In this document: positions 35,134-44,171 of the stretch, in pieces
Numbering within the stretch: position 1 is the first letter of the stretch
Layout of the letters: each line of letters starts with the position of its first letter
Assembly (NCBI GenBank): GCA_043819135.1
Contig: JBDRFG010000106.1
Span: 67,612 to 131,611 of the forward strand
DNA from: Candidatus Eiseniibacteriota bacterium
Lineage (GTDB): Bacteria; Joyebacterota; Joyebacteria; Joyebacterales; Joyebacteraceae
Direction of reading: 5' to 3'
Length of the DNA stretch: 64,000 nucleotides
The notes under the pieces: generated by a model
What the model was told of the DNA's origin: nothing
Databases searched by the model: none
What the model saw: the letters and a program-made list of their open reading frames with translations, nothing else
Made by a program: the position numbers and the translations under genes

Positions 35134-36346
35134 ACAGCTGAGAGACTTCGACACGGGGCTCGTGGTCGCGACCTTGATCATCGTGGCCATCGGCATCGCC
35201 ATGATACACAGCGCCACGTACGCGCCGGACGCGCAATCGTTCTCTCCGCAGGTGCAGAGGCAGATCCTGGTCGCCGGCCTGGGCCTCCTCTTGATGGTGG
35301 GCGCCGCATTGATCAGTCAGGACACGCTCGAGGGACTCGCCCCGATACTCTACGGACTGGCGATGGTTCTTCTGGTGGCGGTGCTTTTTGTCGGTGTGGG
35401 CAAGTCGGGCGAACGCCGCTGGTTCGACCTCGGTTTTCTGAGGTTCCAGCCTTCCGAGCTGGCCAAGTACGCGGTGATATTCGCGCTCGCCCGATACCTC
35501 GCGCGCCGGAAGACCAAGCTCGACCGGCCGGTGCACCTCCTGCTTCCGCTGGCCATCGTGCTCTTGCCGACGGCGCTCGTGCTGCGCGAGCCGGACCTCG
35601 GCACGTCACTCCTGTTCGTTCTGCTTCTGCTCCCGATGCTCTACTGGGCGGGCACCAGGCCGATACTGCTTCTGCTTCTGCTGATGCCGGTCGTCTCCAT
35701 GGTGCTCGCGTTCAACTGGATCGCGTGGGTGCTGTTCCTACTGCTTCTGGGTACGCTTCTGTACGTGTCCCGCATCTTCATGGTCGACAAGTCCATCGTC
35801 TTCGTCACGAGCGTCGTCACGGGCCAGTTGAGCCCGTTCCTCTGGTCGCATCTGGAGGACTACCAGAGACACAGGATCCTTGCGTTCCTCAATCCGGAGA
35901 AATACCGTTTCAGCACCGGCTATCAGCTGATACAATCGAAGATAGCGATCGGGTCGGGCTCGGTGATGGGGAAGGGCTTCCTGCAGGGCACGCAGAAGAA
36001 CTTCGCGTTCCTGCCGGAGCAGCACACAGACTTCATCTTCTCCGTCCTTGCCGAGGAGTTCGGATTCCTCGGCTGTCTCGTGGTGCTGACACTGTATCTC
36101 TTCCTGGTCGTGCGGATGTTCCGTCTGGCGGGGACCGTGAGAAACAGGTTCGCCGGGCTTGTGATCGTGGGTATAGCGAGCGCCCTGTTCCTGCAGTCGA
36201 CCATCAACATCGGAGTGACTCTGGGATTGTCTCCCGTCACGGGGATGACACTGCCGCTCCTGAGCTACGGGGGATCGTCGCTTCTGGTCACGCTCGCTTC
36301 CGTCGGTGTGGTCCTCGGTATGGGCCTGAGACGCATGGAGTACTGA
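35120..36346 (+). CDS. rodA: peptidoglycan glycosyltransferase RodA (SEDS family)
   Basis: FtsW/RodA/SpoVE-family polytopic protein. Start trimmed to the ATG at 35120, overlapping the mrdA end. Confidence 0.9.
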   Translation: MLDRRQLRDFDTGLVVATLIIVAIGIAMIHSATYAPDAQSFSPQVQRQILVAGLGLLLMVGAALISQDTLEGLAPILYGLAMVLLVAVLFVGVGKSGERRWFDLGFLRFQPSELAKYAVIFALARYLARRKTKLDRPVHLLLPLAIVLLPTALVLREPDLGTSLLFVLLLLPMLYWAGTRPILLLLLLMPVVSMVLAFNWIAWVLFLLLLGTLLYVSRIFMVDKSIVFVTSVVTGQLSPFLWSHLEDYQRHRILAFLNPEKYRFSTGYQLIQSKIAIGSGSVMGKGFLQGTQKNFAFLPEQHTDFIFSVLAEEFGFLGCLVVLTLYLFLVVRMFRLAGTVRNRFAGLVIVGIASALFLQSTINIGVTLGLSPVTGMTLPLLSYGGSSLLVTLASVGVVLGMGLRRMEY

Positions 36347-36350
36347 CCTC

Positions 36351-37148
36351 TTGAGACCAATCCTGCTACAGCTGGGCGCGCTTCCCATAAGAAGCTACGG
36401 GCTCCTCATCGCCGTGGCGTTCATGGTGGGCATCTGGATCGCGCGCAGGCGAGCCGTGAGAATAGGATACGATCCGGACATCGTCATCGACCTGTCCGTG
36501 ATCGTCATCCTCGTGTCCATTCTCGGCGCACGGCTGGCGTACGTGTTCGTTCGATGGGACTACTACCAGCACGACCTCGCCGGGATCTTCCAGATATGGG
36601 AGGGAGGACTCGCGCTCTACGGCGGCATGATAGCCGGGGCCCTGGCCGGATTGTGGTTCTTCAGGCGCAGGGGATTCGACATGTGGGCGGGCGCGGACCT
36701 CATGATGCCGTCGCTCGCCATGGGCGTCGCGATAGGGCGCCTTGGCTGCTTTCTGAACGGCTGCTGCTTCGGCAACGCGTGCGAGTATCCCTGGGGCGTC
36801 GTCTTCGATGAAGGCTCCATCGCGGGTATGCAGTTTCCCGGCGTGCACCTCCATCCCACGCAGATCTACGAGGCGCTTCTGGCGCTCGTAGTGTTCTTCG
36901 TGCTCCTGGCCGTCGAGCGCAGGAAGCCGTTCGAGGGATTCCTGCTGTGGCTGTTCGTCATACTCCTGTCGGTCTACAGGTTCCTGATCGACCCCATCAG
37001 ACACTGCGACACCGAGTCCATCGCCTTCCGGAGCGGCGCCATCGCTCTGACGAACAACCAGGTCGTCGGCGTGCTACTCACACTTCTCTCCATCGGCTTC
37101 ATGATCTACCTCTCGCGCCGCAGGTCCCCCACCACGCGAACCCCCTGA
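36351..37148 (+). CDS. lgt: prolipoprotein diacylglyceryl transferase
   Basis: LGP (IRSYGLLIAVAF) and Lgt signature (GRLGCFLNGCCFG). TTG start. Confidence 0.85.
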   Translation: MRPILLQLGALPIRSYGLLIAVAFMVGIWIARRRAVRIGYDPDIVIDLSVIVILVSILGARLAYVFVRWDYYQHDLAGIFQIWEGGLALYGGMIAGALAGLWFFRRRGFDMWAGADLMMPSLAMGVAIGRLGCFLNGCCFGNACEYPWGVVFDEGSIAGMQFPGVHLHPTQIYEALLALVVFFVLLAVERRKPFEGFLLWLFVILLSVYRFLIDPIRHCDTESIAFRSGAIALTNNQVVGVLLTLLSIGFMIYLSRRRSPTTRTP

Positions 37149-37159
37149 GAGCGAACTCG

Positions 37160-37942
37160 GTGCTCCCGCTACGGTCCCGGTCGCATTCAGTCGGACACAC
37201 CTGGCAGGTCCTGAGCGCGGCGAGGGACGCAGTCCTTTCGTTCCTGTTCCCGGACAGGTGTGTGGCCTGCGAAACGGCCCTCGGAGCCTCACGACGGCAC
37301 CTCTGTTCCGTGTGCGAGTCCGGACTGAGTGCTCGAAACGGCTCGCTGGCACTGCCCGGGCTCGGTGACGGGCCCGGGTGGCCGCGGGCGAGCACGCGGG
37401 CTTTCTACGCCCTGGAGTTCGAGGGGGTGACGCGCGCGATGGTTCACGCGCTCAAGTACGAGGGCAGAACCTCGCTGGCCGGCGACCTCGCCGCCATCGC
37501 CCTTCCCGCAGCACTCGGTGCGTGCGACGCGCCGCCGGACTTCGTGACGCCGGTTCCGCTTCATCCGCTCCGCCTCAGAGAGAGGGGCTTCAATCAGAGT
37601 GAGCTTCTGGCCGCCCGGCTGGCGGCCGCGATGAGCGTGCCCGTTCGAACGACGCTCAAGAGAGTCCTGCACACGCCGGCTCAGGCGCGCCTGCCCAGGC
37701 GTCAGAGGCTCGCGATGCCGTCCTCGGCCTTCCGCGAGACCGGGGACGCCGCGGGCCTCGGCCGCGTTCTGCTCGTGGACGACGTCGTGACCACCGGTGC
37801 GACCCTCGCCGCTGCCTCGCTGGCCCTTCTCCGCGCCGGAGCGGGGGAGGTCATCTGCTTCGCGCTGGCAGGAACTCCATCGAGAGAGCCAGCGGGGCGC
37901 GCCTCGCCGAAAGCGGTTGACTGTGCTCGGAGCGAGCACTAG
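37160..37942 (+). CDS. comFC: ComF-family phosphoribosyltransferase-domain protein
   Basis: N-terminal Cys4 zinc ribbon (CVACE...CSVCE); C-terminal PRTase motif LLVDDVVTTGATL. GTG at 37160 chosen as start; start uncertain. Confidence 0.65.
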   Translation: MLPLRSRSHSVGHTWQVLSAARDAVLSFLFPDRCVACETALGASRRHLCSVCESGLSARNGSLALPGLGDGPGWPRASTRAFYALEFEGVTRAMVHALKYEGRTSLAGDLAAIALPAALGACDAPPDFVTPVPLHPLRLRERGFNQSELLAARLAAAMSVPVRTTLKRVLHTPAQARLPRRQRLAMPSSAFRETGDAAGLGRVLLVDDVVTTGATLAAASLALLRAGAGEVICFALAGTPSREPAGRASPKAVDCARSEH

Positions 37943-38006
37943 AATCCGGAGTTCGGGCGCAGGAACCAGGGCGCGCACTAAGCGAACAGCGAGGCGGGAG
38001 GTCAAG

Positions 38007-39062
38007 ATGAAGGTCGCGGTTCTCACCGGTGGCGGAGACTGCCCCGGGCTGAATGCCGTCATCAGGGCGATCGTACGGCGTACCATAGGGAAGTACGGGG
38101 GGGAGGTCGTCGGGTTCCGGTACGGTTGGGCCGGTGTCATCGAGAACAACCAGATGCCGCTCGGACTCGAGCAGGTCTCTGGTATCCTCCCGAGAGGCGG
38201 GACCATCCTCGGAACGTCGCGGACGAATCCATACAGGGTCGAGGGAGGATTCGAGGCGATCAAGAGGACCGTCGAACAGGAGAAGCTCGACGGTTTGATC
38301 GCGATCGGCGGTGAGGACACGCTGGGTGTTGCGCACAAGCTCTACCGAGAAGGCCTGCCGATCGTCGGCGTGCCCAAGACCATCGACAACGACATCAACG
38401 GTACGGACTTCACGTTCGGCTTTGACACCGCCGTTCACATCGCGACCGAGGCCATCGACCGACTGCACACCACGGCCGAGTCGCACAACCGCGTCGTCGT
38501 GGTAGAGGTGATGGGACGCCACACCGGGTGGATCGCCGTGAAGGCGGGCATAGCCGGAGGAGCGGACCTGATCCTCATCCCCGAGATCCCGTTCCGGATG
38601 CAGGACGTGTTCGAGACTATCAAGAAGCGTCACGCCCGCGGGAAGAACTTCAGTATCGTCGTGGTGGCGGAGGGCGCGAAGCTGCCCGGCGGTGCGCACG
38701 AGAAGGACGAGGAGGAGGGCGAGCTCGTTCTCCAGCAGGGGAGCGCCGACGCCTTCGGCCACGTGCGGCTGGGGGGCATAGGCAATGCACTCGCCACGGC
38801 CATCGAGCAGGAGACCGGGTTCGAAACGAGGGTCACGGTGCTCGGCTACACGCAGCGCGGCGGGACCCCGACGGCGTTCGACCGCGTGCTCGGCACGAGA
38901 TTCGGCGTGGTCGCAGCGGATCTCGTCCATGCGAAGGAGTTCGGCAAAATGGTCAGCCTTCACGGTGACAAGGTGATACCGATCGAGATGTCTCATGCCA
39001 TCGAACGCCTGAAGGTCGTCGATACGGAGCTCTACGAGGTGGCGAGGACTTTCTTCGGGTAG
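38007..39062 (+). CDS. pfk: 6-phosphofructokinase, probably pyrophosphate-dependent (PfkA family, Asp/Lys at the ATP-vs-PPi specificity positions)
   Basis: MKVAVLTGGGDCPGLNAVIRA. IGGEDT (Asp where ATP-PFKs have Gly104) and PKTIDNDI (Lys where ATP-PFKs have Gly124). Confidence 0.85.
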   Translation: MKVAVLTGGGDCPGLNAVIRAIVRRTIGKYGGEVVGFRYGWAGVIENNQMPLGLEQVSGILPRGGTILGTSRTNPYRVEGGFEAIKRTVEQEKLDGLIAIGGEDTLGVAHKLYREGLPIVGVPKTIDNDINGTDFTFGFDTAVHIATEAIDRLHTTAESHNRVVVVEVMGRHTGWIAVKAGIAGGADLILIPEIPFRMQDVFETIKKRHARGKNFSIVVVAEGAKLPGGAHEKDEEEGELVLQQGSADAFGHVRLGGIGNALATAIEQETGFETRVTVLGYTQRGGTPTAFDRVLGTRFGVVAADLVHAKEFGKMVSLHGDKVIPIEMSHAIERLKVVDTELYEVARTFFG

Positions 39063-39161
39063 TCCGTAAACGGGACGTGCGCTGGCGGAGAACGCACAAC
39101 TCACGACCGAGTCGAAGCGGGCCGGGGCCTCGGTGGACCGGCGCGCGGGAACGGAGACACA

Positions 39162-40085
39162 ATGGGGCTTTTGACCAACAACGACCTGATGGTGCCGGCC
39201 AGAGTCGGCGGTTATGCCGTAGGCGCGTTCAACACGAGCAATCTGGAGACGACGAGGGCCATATTCGAGGCCGCCCAGGAGCTCGGGTCTCCCGTTATCG
39301 TTGCGACGTCGCAGTCGGCGATCACATACGCGGGCTACGACAACATTCGCTGCATGGTCGAGAACATGGCCAGAGCCACCGGTGTGCGGGCGTCGCTTCA
39401 CCTTGATCACGGGACCGACCCCGCCGTCATAGAGCAGTGCCTCGAGCACGGGTGGACCTCCATAATGATCGACGGATCGCACCTGCCTTTTGAGGAGAAC
39501 ATCGCGGCGACGAAGAAGGTCGTCGAGATGTGTCGCCCACGCGGAGTATCCGTCGAGGGAGAGCTGGGACGGCTGATGGGCGTAGAGGACGAGATCTCCG
39601 TGTCAGCCGACCAGGCCATCTACACCGACCCGGACCAGGCGGTGGAATTCGTCCAGCGCTCAGGTTGCGATTCTCTCGCCATCGCAATAGGGACCTCGCA
39701 CGGCGCCTACAAGTTCAAGGCGCAGCCGAAGCTCGCGATCGAGCGGCTGCAGAAGATCGCGGCGACGGTCGCCGTGCCGCTCGTGCTGCACGGGGCGTCC
39801 GCCGTGCCGCCGGACGTGCTCGAGCTGGCCACTCGCTACGGAGCCCAGCTGCCGGGCGCGAAGGGTGTCCCACCCGAGAGCATCCGGGAGGCCATCGGAG
39901 GCGGGATATCCAAGGTCAACATCGACACTGATCTCAGACTCGCGTTCACGGGCCGTGTGCGGCAATTCCTGGCGGAGAGCCCGGAAGCGTTCGATCCGCG
40001 GAAGATACTGTCCGCAGCGATCGACGGAATGAAGGACGTCATCAGATCGAAGATCGAGCTGTTCGGCTCGGGCGGGAAGGCCTAG
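39162..40085 (+). CDS. fba: class II fructose-1,6-bisphosphate aldolase
   Basis: Zn-dependent FBA/TBP aldolase pattern (HLDHG, GxxHG). 307 aa. Located in the glycolytic operon. Confidence 0.85.
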   Translation: MGLLTNNDLMVPARVGGYAVGAFNTSNLETTRAIFEAAQELGSPVIVATSQSAITYAGYDNIRCMVENMARATGVRASLHLDHGTDPAVIEQCLEHGWTSIMIDGSHLPFEENIAATKKVVEMCRPRGVSVEGELGRLMGVEDEISVSADQAIYTDPDQAVEFVQRSGCDSLAIAIGTSHGAYKFKAQPKLAIERLQKIAATVAVPLVLHGASAVPPDVLELATRYGAQLPGAKGVPPESIREAIGGGISKVNIDTDLRLAFTGRVRQFLAESPEAFDPRKILSAAIDGMKDVIRSKIELFGSGGKA

Positions 40086-40093
40086 GAGGACAC

Positions 40094-41098
40094 ATGGGGT
40101 TCAAGTTCGCGATCAACGGTTTCGGGAGGATCGGCAGGCTCGTTCTGCGCGTGGCGTCGGAGATGGACGGGTTCGATTGCGTGGCGGTGAATGACCTCAC
40201 GGACGCGGGAACAATGGCACACCTCCTCAAGTACGACTCGGTGCACGGGAAGTTCGGCGCGGAGATCTCGCACGACGACAGCTCAATAACGGTGAACGGC
40301 GACAGGTTCGCGTTCCACTCCGAGCGCGACCCCGCGAATCTGCCGTGGGGAGACCTCGGCGTCGACGTAGTCATCGAGTCGACGGGACACTTCAGGGACA
40401 GACCCGGGGCAGGCAAGCACCTGAGCGCCGGCGCGCGCAAGGTGATGATCTCGGCCCCCGCCAAGGACCCTGACGTGATGATAGTGATGGGCGTGAACGA
40501 TCAGGACTACGATCCTGCCAAGCATCACATCATCTCGACTGCGTCCTGCACGACCAACTGCGCAGCTCCGATGATCAAGGTCCTTCATGAGAGCTTCGGC
40601 GTCGTCAAGGGCATCATGACGACAGTGCACGCCTATACGAACGACCAGAAGATACTCGACTCCCCTCACAAGGACCTCCGACGCGCGAGAGCGGCGGCCG
40701 TCTCGATGATCCCGACGACCACCGGTGCGGCCAAGGCCATCACGACCGTGATGCCTGAGCTCGCCGGGAAGCTCGATGGGCTCGCCGTGCGCGTGCCCAC
40801 GCCCGACGGGTCGCTCGTCGACTTCGTCGTGCAGGTTGAGAAGAAGACCTCGGCCGCGGAGGTCAACGACGCGTTCCGAGCCGCGGCCCAGAGTCCGCCC
40901 CTCACGGGCTTTCTCAAGTACAGTGAGGAGCCGCTCGTGTCGATCGACATCGTCGGAGACCGCCACTCCTGCATCTTCGACAGCCCGTTGACGATCGTCA
41001 TGGACGGTGACATGGTCAAGATCTTTGGCTGGTACGACAACGAGGCCGGCTACGCGTCGCGCATGGTCGACATGATGAAGCTTGTCGCCAGCAGGTGA
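40094..41098 (+). CDS. gap: glyceraldehyde-3-phosphate dehydrogenase
   Basis: INGFGRIGR, ASCTTNC, catalytic Cys. AGGAGG RBS. Confidence 0.95.
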   Translation: MGFKFAINGFGRIGRLVLRVASEMDGFDCVAVNDLTDAGTMAHLLKYDSVHGKFGAEISHDDSSITVNGDRFAFHSERDPANLPWGDLGVDVVIESTGHFRDRPGAGKHLSAGARKVMISAPAKDPDVMIVMGVNDQDYDPAKHHIISTASCTTNCAAPMIKVLHESFGVVKGIMTTVHAYTNDQKILDSPHKDLRRARAAAVSMIPTTTGAAKAITTVMPELAGKLDGLAVRVPTPDGSLVDFVVQVEKKTSAAEVNDAFRAAAQSPPLTGFLKYSEEPLVSIDIVGDRHSCIFDSPLTIVMDGDMVKIFGWYDNEAGYASRMVDMMKLVASR

Positions 41099-41108
41099 GG
41101 TTGTTCCC

Positions 41109-42308
41109 ATGCACAGAAAGCTGCACATCACGGATCTGGACCTTGCGGGGAAGCGCGTTCTGACCCGCGTTGACTTCAACGTGCCCCTGGCTCCTGACGG
41201 CTCCATCACCGACGACACGCGCATCAGGAGAGCCCTCCCGACGATACGATACATCATCGAGTCGGGAGGCAGAGTGGTCCTCGCATCGCACCTGGGCAGG
41301 CCCAAGGGCGAGGTGCTGCGAACGATGAGCCTGAAACCCGCCGCCGCCCGTCTGGCCAAGCTGCTCGAGCGCAAGGTCGTTATGGGACCCGACTGCGTCG
41401 GCGACACGACCGAAGGCCTGGCGGCGCGAATGAGCGACGGCGAGGTGCTGCTGCTCGAGAATCTGCGCTTCCACGCGGGCGAGACGAGCAACGAGAGCGA
41501 CTTCGCGCGGCGTCTGGCCCGTATGGGCGACGTCTACGTCAACGACGCGTTCGGCACCGCGCACAGAGCTCACGCCTCCACCGTCGGGGTCACGGAGTTC
41601 TTCGAACACAGAGCGATGGGCTTCCTGATCGAAACGGAGCTTCTCAATCTCTCGAAGGCCACGGACGACCCCAGGAAGCCGTACGTCGCCATCCTCGGAG
41701 GAGCCAAGGTCTCAGACAAGATAGGTGTCATTGACAACCTGCTTCCCAAGGTCGATGAGCTTCTGATCGGCGGAGGGATGGCCTTCACGTTCCTCGCCGC
41801 GCAAGGGAGGGGAGTGGGCAACTCACTCCTTGAGGAAGACCGGATCGAGACGGCCACCGCGCTTCTGGCAAAGGCTGAGAGATTAGGGAAGACACTGGTG
41901 CTTCCGACCGACATCGTGGTCGCCGACTCGGTCGCCGATGGCGCCGCGTCGAAGACCGTCGACGTCGACAGTATTGAGCCCGGATGGCACGGCGTCGACA
42001 TAGGCCCCCAGACGGTGGACGAGTTCGGGCGGAAGATAGCGCGCGCGCAGACCATCGTGTGGAACGGGCCCCTCGGGGTGTTTGAGATCCCGGCGTTCGC
42101 GGCAGGAACACTGGGCGTCGCACAGGCCGTCGCCGCGAGAACCGACTCGGGCGCGACGAGCATCGTCGGGGGCGGGGATTCCGCCTCGGCGGTCGTGGCG
42201 GCGGGACTCGGGGGACGCATGACGCACATCTCCACCGGAGGCGGCGCTTCCCTGATGTTCCTGGAAGGCAGACCGCTGCCCGCCATAGAGGCACTGTCCG
42301 ACGCGTAG
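41109..42308 (+). CDS. pgk: phosphoglycerate kinase
   Basis: VDFNVP, ASHLGRPKG and GGGASLE motifs. Start trimmed to the ATG at 41109. Confidence 0.95.
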   Translation: MHRKLHITDLDLAGKRVLTRVDFNVPLAPDGSITDDTRIRRALPTIRYIIESGGRVVLASHLGRPKGEVLRTMSLKPAAARLAKLLERKVVMGPDCVGDTTEGLAARMSDGEVLLLENLRFHAGETSNESDFARRLARMGDVYVNDAFGTAHRAHASTVGVTEFFEHRAMGFLIETELLNLSKATDDPRKPYVAILGGAKVSDKIGVIDNLLPKVDELLIGGGMAFTFLAAQGRGVGNSLLEEDRIETATALLAKAERLGKTLVLPTDIVVADSVADGAASKTVDVDSIEPGWHGVDIGPQTVDEFGRKIARAQTIVWNGPLGVFEIPAFAAGTLGVAQAVAARTDSGATSIVGGGDSASAVVAAGLGGRMTHISTGGGASLMFLEGRPLPAIEALSDA

Positions 42309-42392
42309 GAACCGGGACGTGCGCGGAAAGGACTCACCGGGGAAACTCGTATCGATGCCCGTCCGCAAGGACGGCCGAGGAGCGAAAGACCC

Positions 42393-43157
42393 GTGGCGAA
42401 TCGAACGGTTATTGTCGCCGGCAACTGGAAGCTCAACAAGACCGCGGCGGAGACACGCAGCACCATCCTGTCGCTCAGAAACAAGCTGGCGGGAGTATCG
42501 ACGCGGGCCACAGTGGTCGTGTTCCCACCGTTCGTGTCGCTCGAGACCGCCGTGGATGCAGCGCGCGATACGACTGTAAAGGTGGGCGCGCAGAACGTCT
42601 TCTGGGAGACCGGCGGCGCCTTCACTGGCGAGGTTTCCACAGCGATGCTCGAGGCGCTCGGACTCGAGTTCGTCCTTCTGGGGCACTCGGAACGACGCGC
42701 CATGTTCGGCGAGACGGACGAGACCGTCTCCAGGAGACTCACGGCCGTCCTGGACGGCCGCCTCACGCCGATCGTCTGCGTGGGAGAGGTTCTGGAGGAG
42801 AGGGAGTCGGGCGCGACGGGGGAGGTACTCAAGCGTCAGGTCGAGGGAGCCCTCAGGGACGTCGCTCCCGACCACATTGGCAGGGTCGTCGTCGCTTACG
42901 AGCCTGTCTGGGCCATAGGCACGGGAAGGACGGCCTCTCCTGCGATAACGAACGATGCTCATACCTTGATTCGCAACACGATTGCTGCTATGTTTGGTAG
43001 GTCTGCCGCCGATGAGACGAGCATTCTCTACGGCGGCAGTGTCAAGCCTGAGAACACCGCCAGCCTGATGAGCGAGAGCGAGGTGGATGGTGTCCTGGTA
43101 GGCGGAGCAAGCCTCGACGCGGCCGGCTTCGCGGAGATAGTGAGAGCAGCCGGCTGA
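42393..43157 (+). CDS. tpiA: triosephosphate isomerase
   Basis: VAGNWKLNKT, AYEPVWAIGTG, GGSV. GTG start. Confidence 0.9.
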   Translation: MANRTVIVAGNWKLNKTAAETRSTILSLRNKLAGVSTRATVVVFPPFVSLETAVDAARDTTVKVGAQNVFWETGGAFTGEVSTAMLEALGLEFVLLGHSERRAMFGETDETVSRRLTAVLDGRLTPIVCVGEVLEERESGATGEVLKRQVEGALRDVAPDHIGRVVVAYEPVWAIGTGRTASPAITNDAHTLIRNTIAAMFGRSAADETSILYGGSVKPENTASLMSESEVDGVLVGGASLDAAGFAEIVRAAG

Positions 43158-43205
43158 CACGCGGCCTGCGCCGATATCCGAGAACGAGTTCTACTGGAGG
43201 AACAG

Positions 43206-43646
43206 ATGTTTGGAGCGATCCTGGGGATTCACATCGTGGTCTGTGCGGGGCTGATAGTGGCGGTGCTCCTGCAGTCAGGCAAGGGCGGCGGACTGGCCGG
43301 GGCGTTCGGCGGAGCCGGTGGTGTCGGAGCGGTGTTCGGTGGCCAGGCTGCCGCGACGTTTCTCACGAAGGCCACGCGGTATCTCGCCATCGCCTTCATG
43401 GTGACGTCGCTGAGCCTCGCGGTCACTCTGCGAGGGACCCTGAGGCGCGGGACGGTCACTCAGGGCCTGGAGGGAAGTCGGCCCGCGGCGGCCACGACGG
43501 CCGGAGAGATCGTGCCTCAGGAGGGAGCCCCGACGGAGCTCCCGGGGGCTGAGACGCCGACCGATGGCGCAGTCGAAACGACCGGAGACGAGGCTCAGAG
43601 CGGAGCCCCGGGCGAAGAGATTCCGGTTGCCCCCGAGACGGAGTAG
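43206..43646 (+). CDS. secG: preprotein translocase subunit SecG with extended C-terminal region
   Basis: N-terminal helix with LLQSGKGGGL and a Gly-rich loop. Conserved tpiA-secG-tRNA-Leu synteny. GGAGGA RBS. Confidence 0.8.
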   Translation: MFGAILGIHIVVCAGLIVAVLLQSGKGGGLAGAFGGAGGVGAVFGGQAAATFLTKATRYLAIAFMVTSLSLAVTLRGTLRRGTVTQGLEGSRPAAATTAGEIVPQEGAPTELPGAETPTDGAVETTGDEAQSGAPGEEIPVAPETE

Positions 43647-43713
43647 AACTAGGATACCCGGTGGCGTCGCCGGTCGCGAAAGCGGTACGCGGCGGCCACA
43701 GATGATCTCATGT

Positions 43714-43800
43714 GCCCGGATGGTGGAACTGGTAGACACGCCATCTTGAGGGGGTGGTGGGCGAATGCCTGTGCGAGTTCGAGTCTCGCTCCGGGCACCA
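43714..43800 (+). tRNA. tRNA-Leu (anticodon GAG), class II tRNA with long variable arm, encoded CCA
   Basis: Acceptor stem GCCCGGA/TCCGGGC. Anticodon stem-loop CCATC-TTGAGGG-GGTGG with U33 and G37. T-arm GTTCGAGTC. 3' terminal ACCA. Confidence 0.85.
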
Positions 43801-43830
43801 TTAATGTGAGGCAGAACGCCTCGCGACGGC

Positions 43831-43866
43831 GGCAGAACGGGGGAACGTTCTGCCGCTTCTTCTTTG
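43831..43866 (+). terminator. rho-independent terminator after tRNA-Leu
   Basis: GGCAGAACG-ggggaa-CGTTCTGCC, a 9-bp stem, followed by GCTTCTTCTTTG. Confidence 0.6.
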
Positions 43867-44171
43867 TGGCGAGCTTTGTGGGCGAGCACGGCCCGTTCCC
43901 GCCATCGCGTGGGCCCCGTTTGTGACGAATGTCCCCTCAGGAACGACCTCCCAGACCCTGAATTGCGTTCATCAGCGACCCTGGCGGGCGCGTGAGCGCT
44001 TGACATGAGTCGGGGGAAGTATCATCGTTTAACTAGCGTACTGCTGAATGACTGGACTATGAACCCCGCCGACGACCGGAGAGCGCAGGCGATAGGCGCT
44101 TGCAGGGCCGGTCGAGCGGCGCGCTGAATTGTACCCAGAGCCCCCGCTGAACGTCGGCATGGAGCCACGCC

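Noticed and set aside
43990-44025. TTGACA...TATCAT promoter-like element upstream of the C25 peptidase gene
   Set aside because: The best -10 match gives only a 14-nt spacer, which is too short for sigma70, so it is left uncalled.
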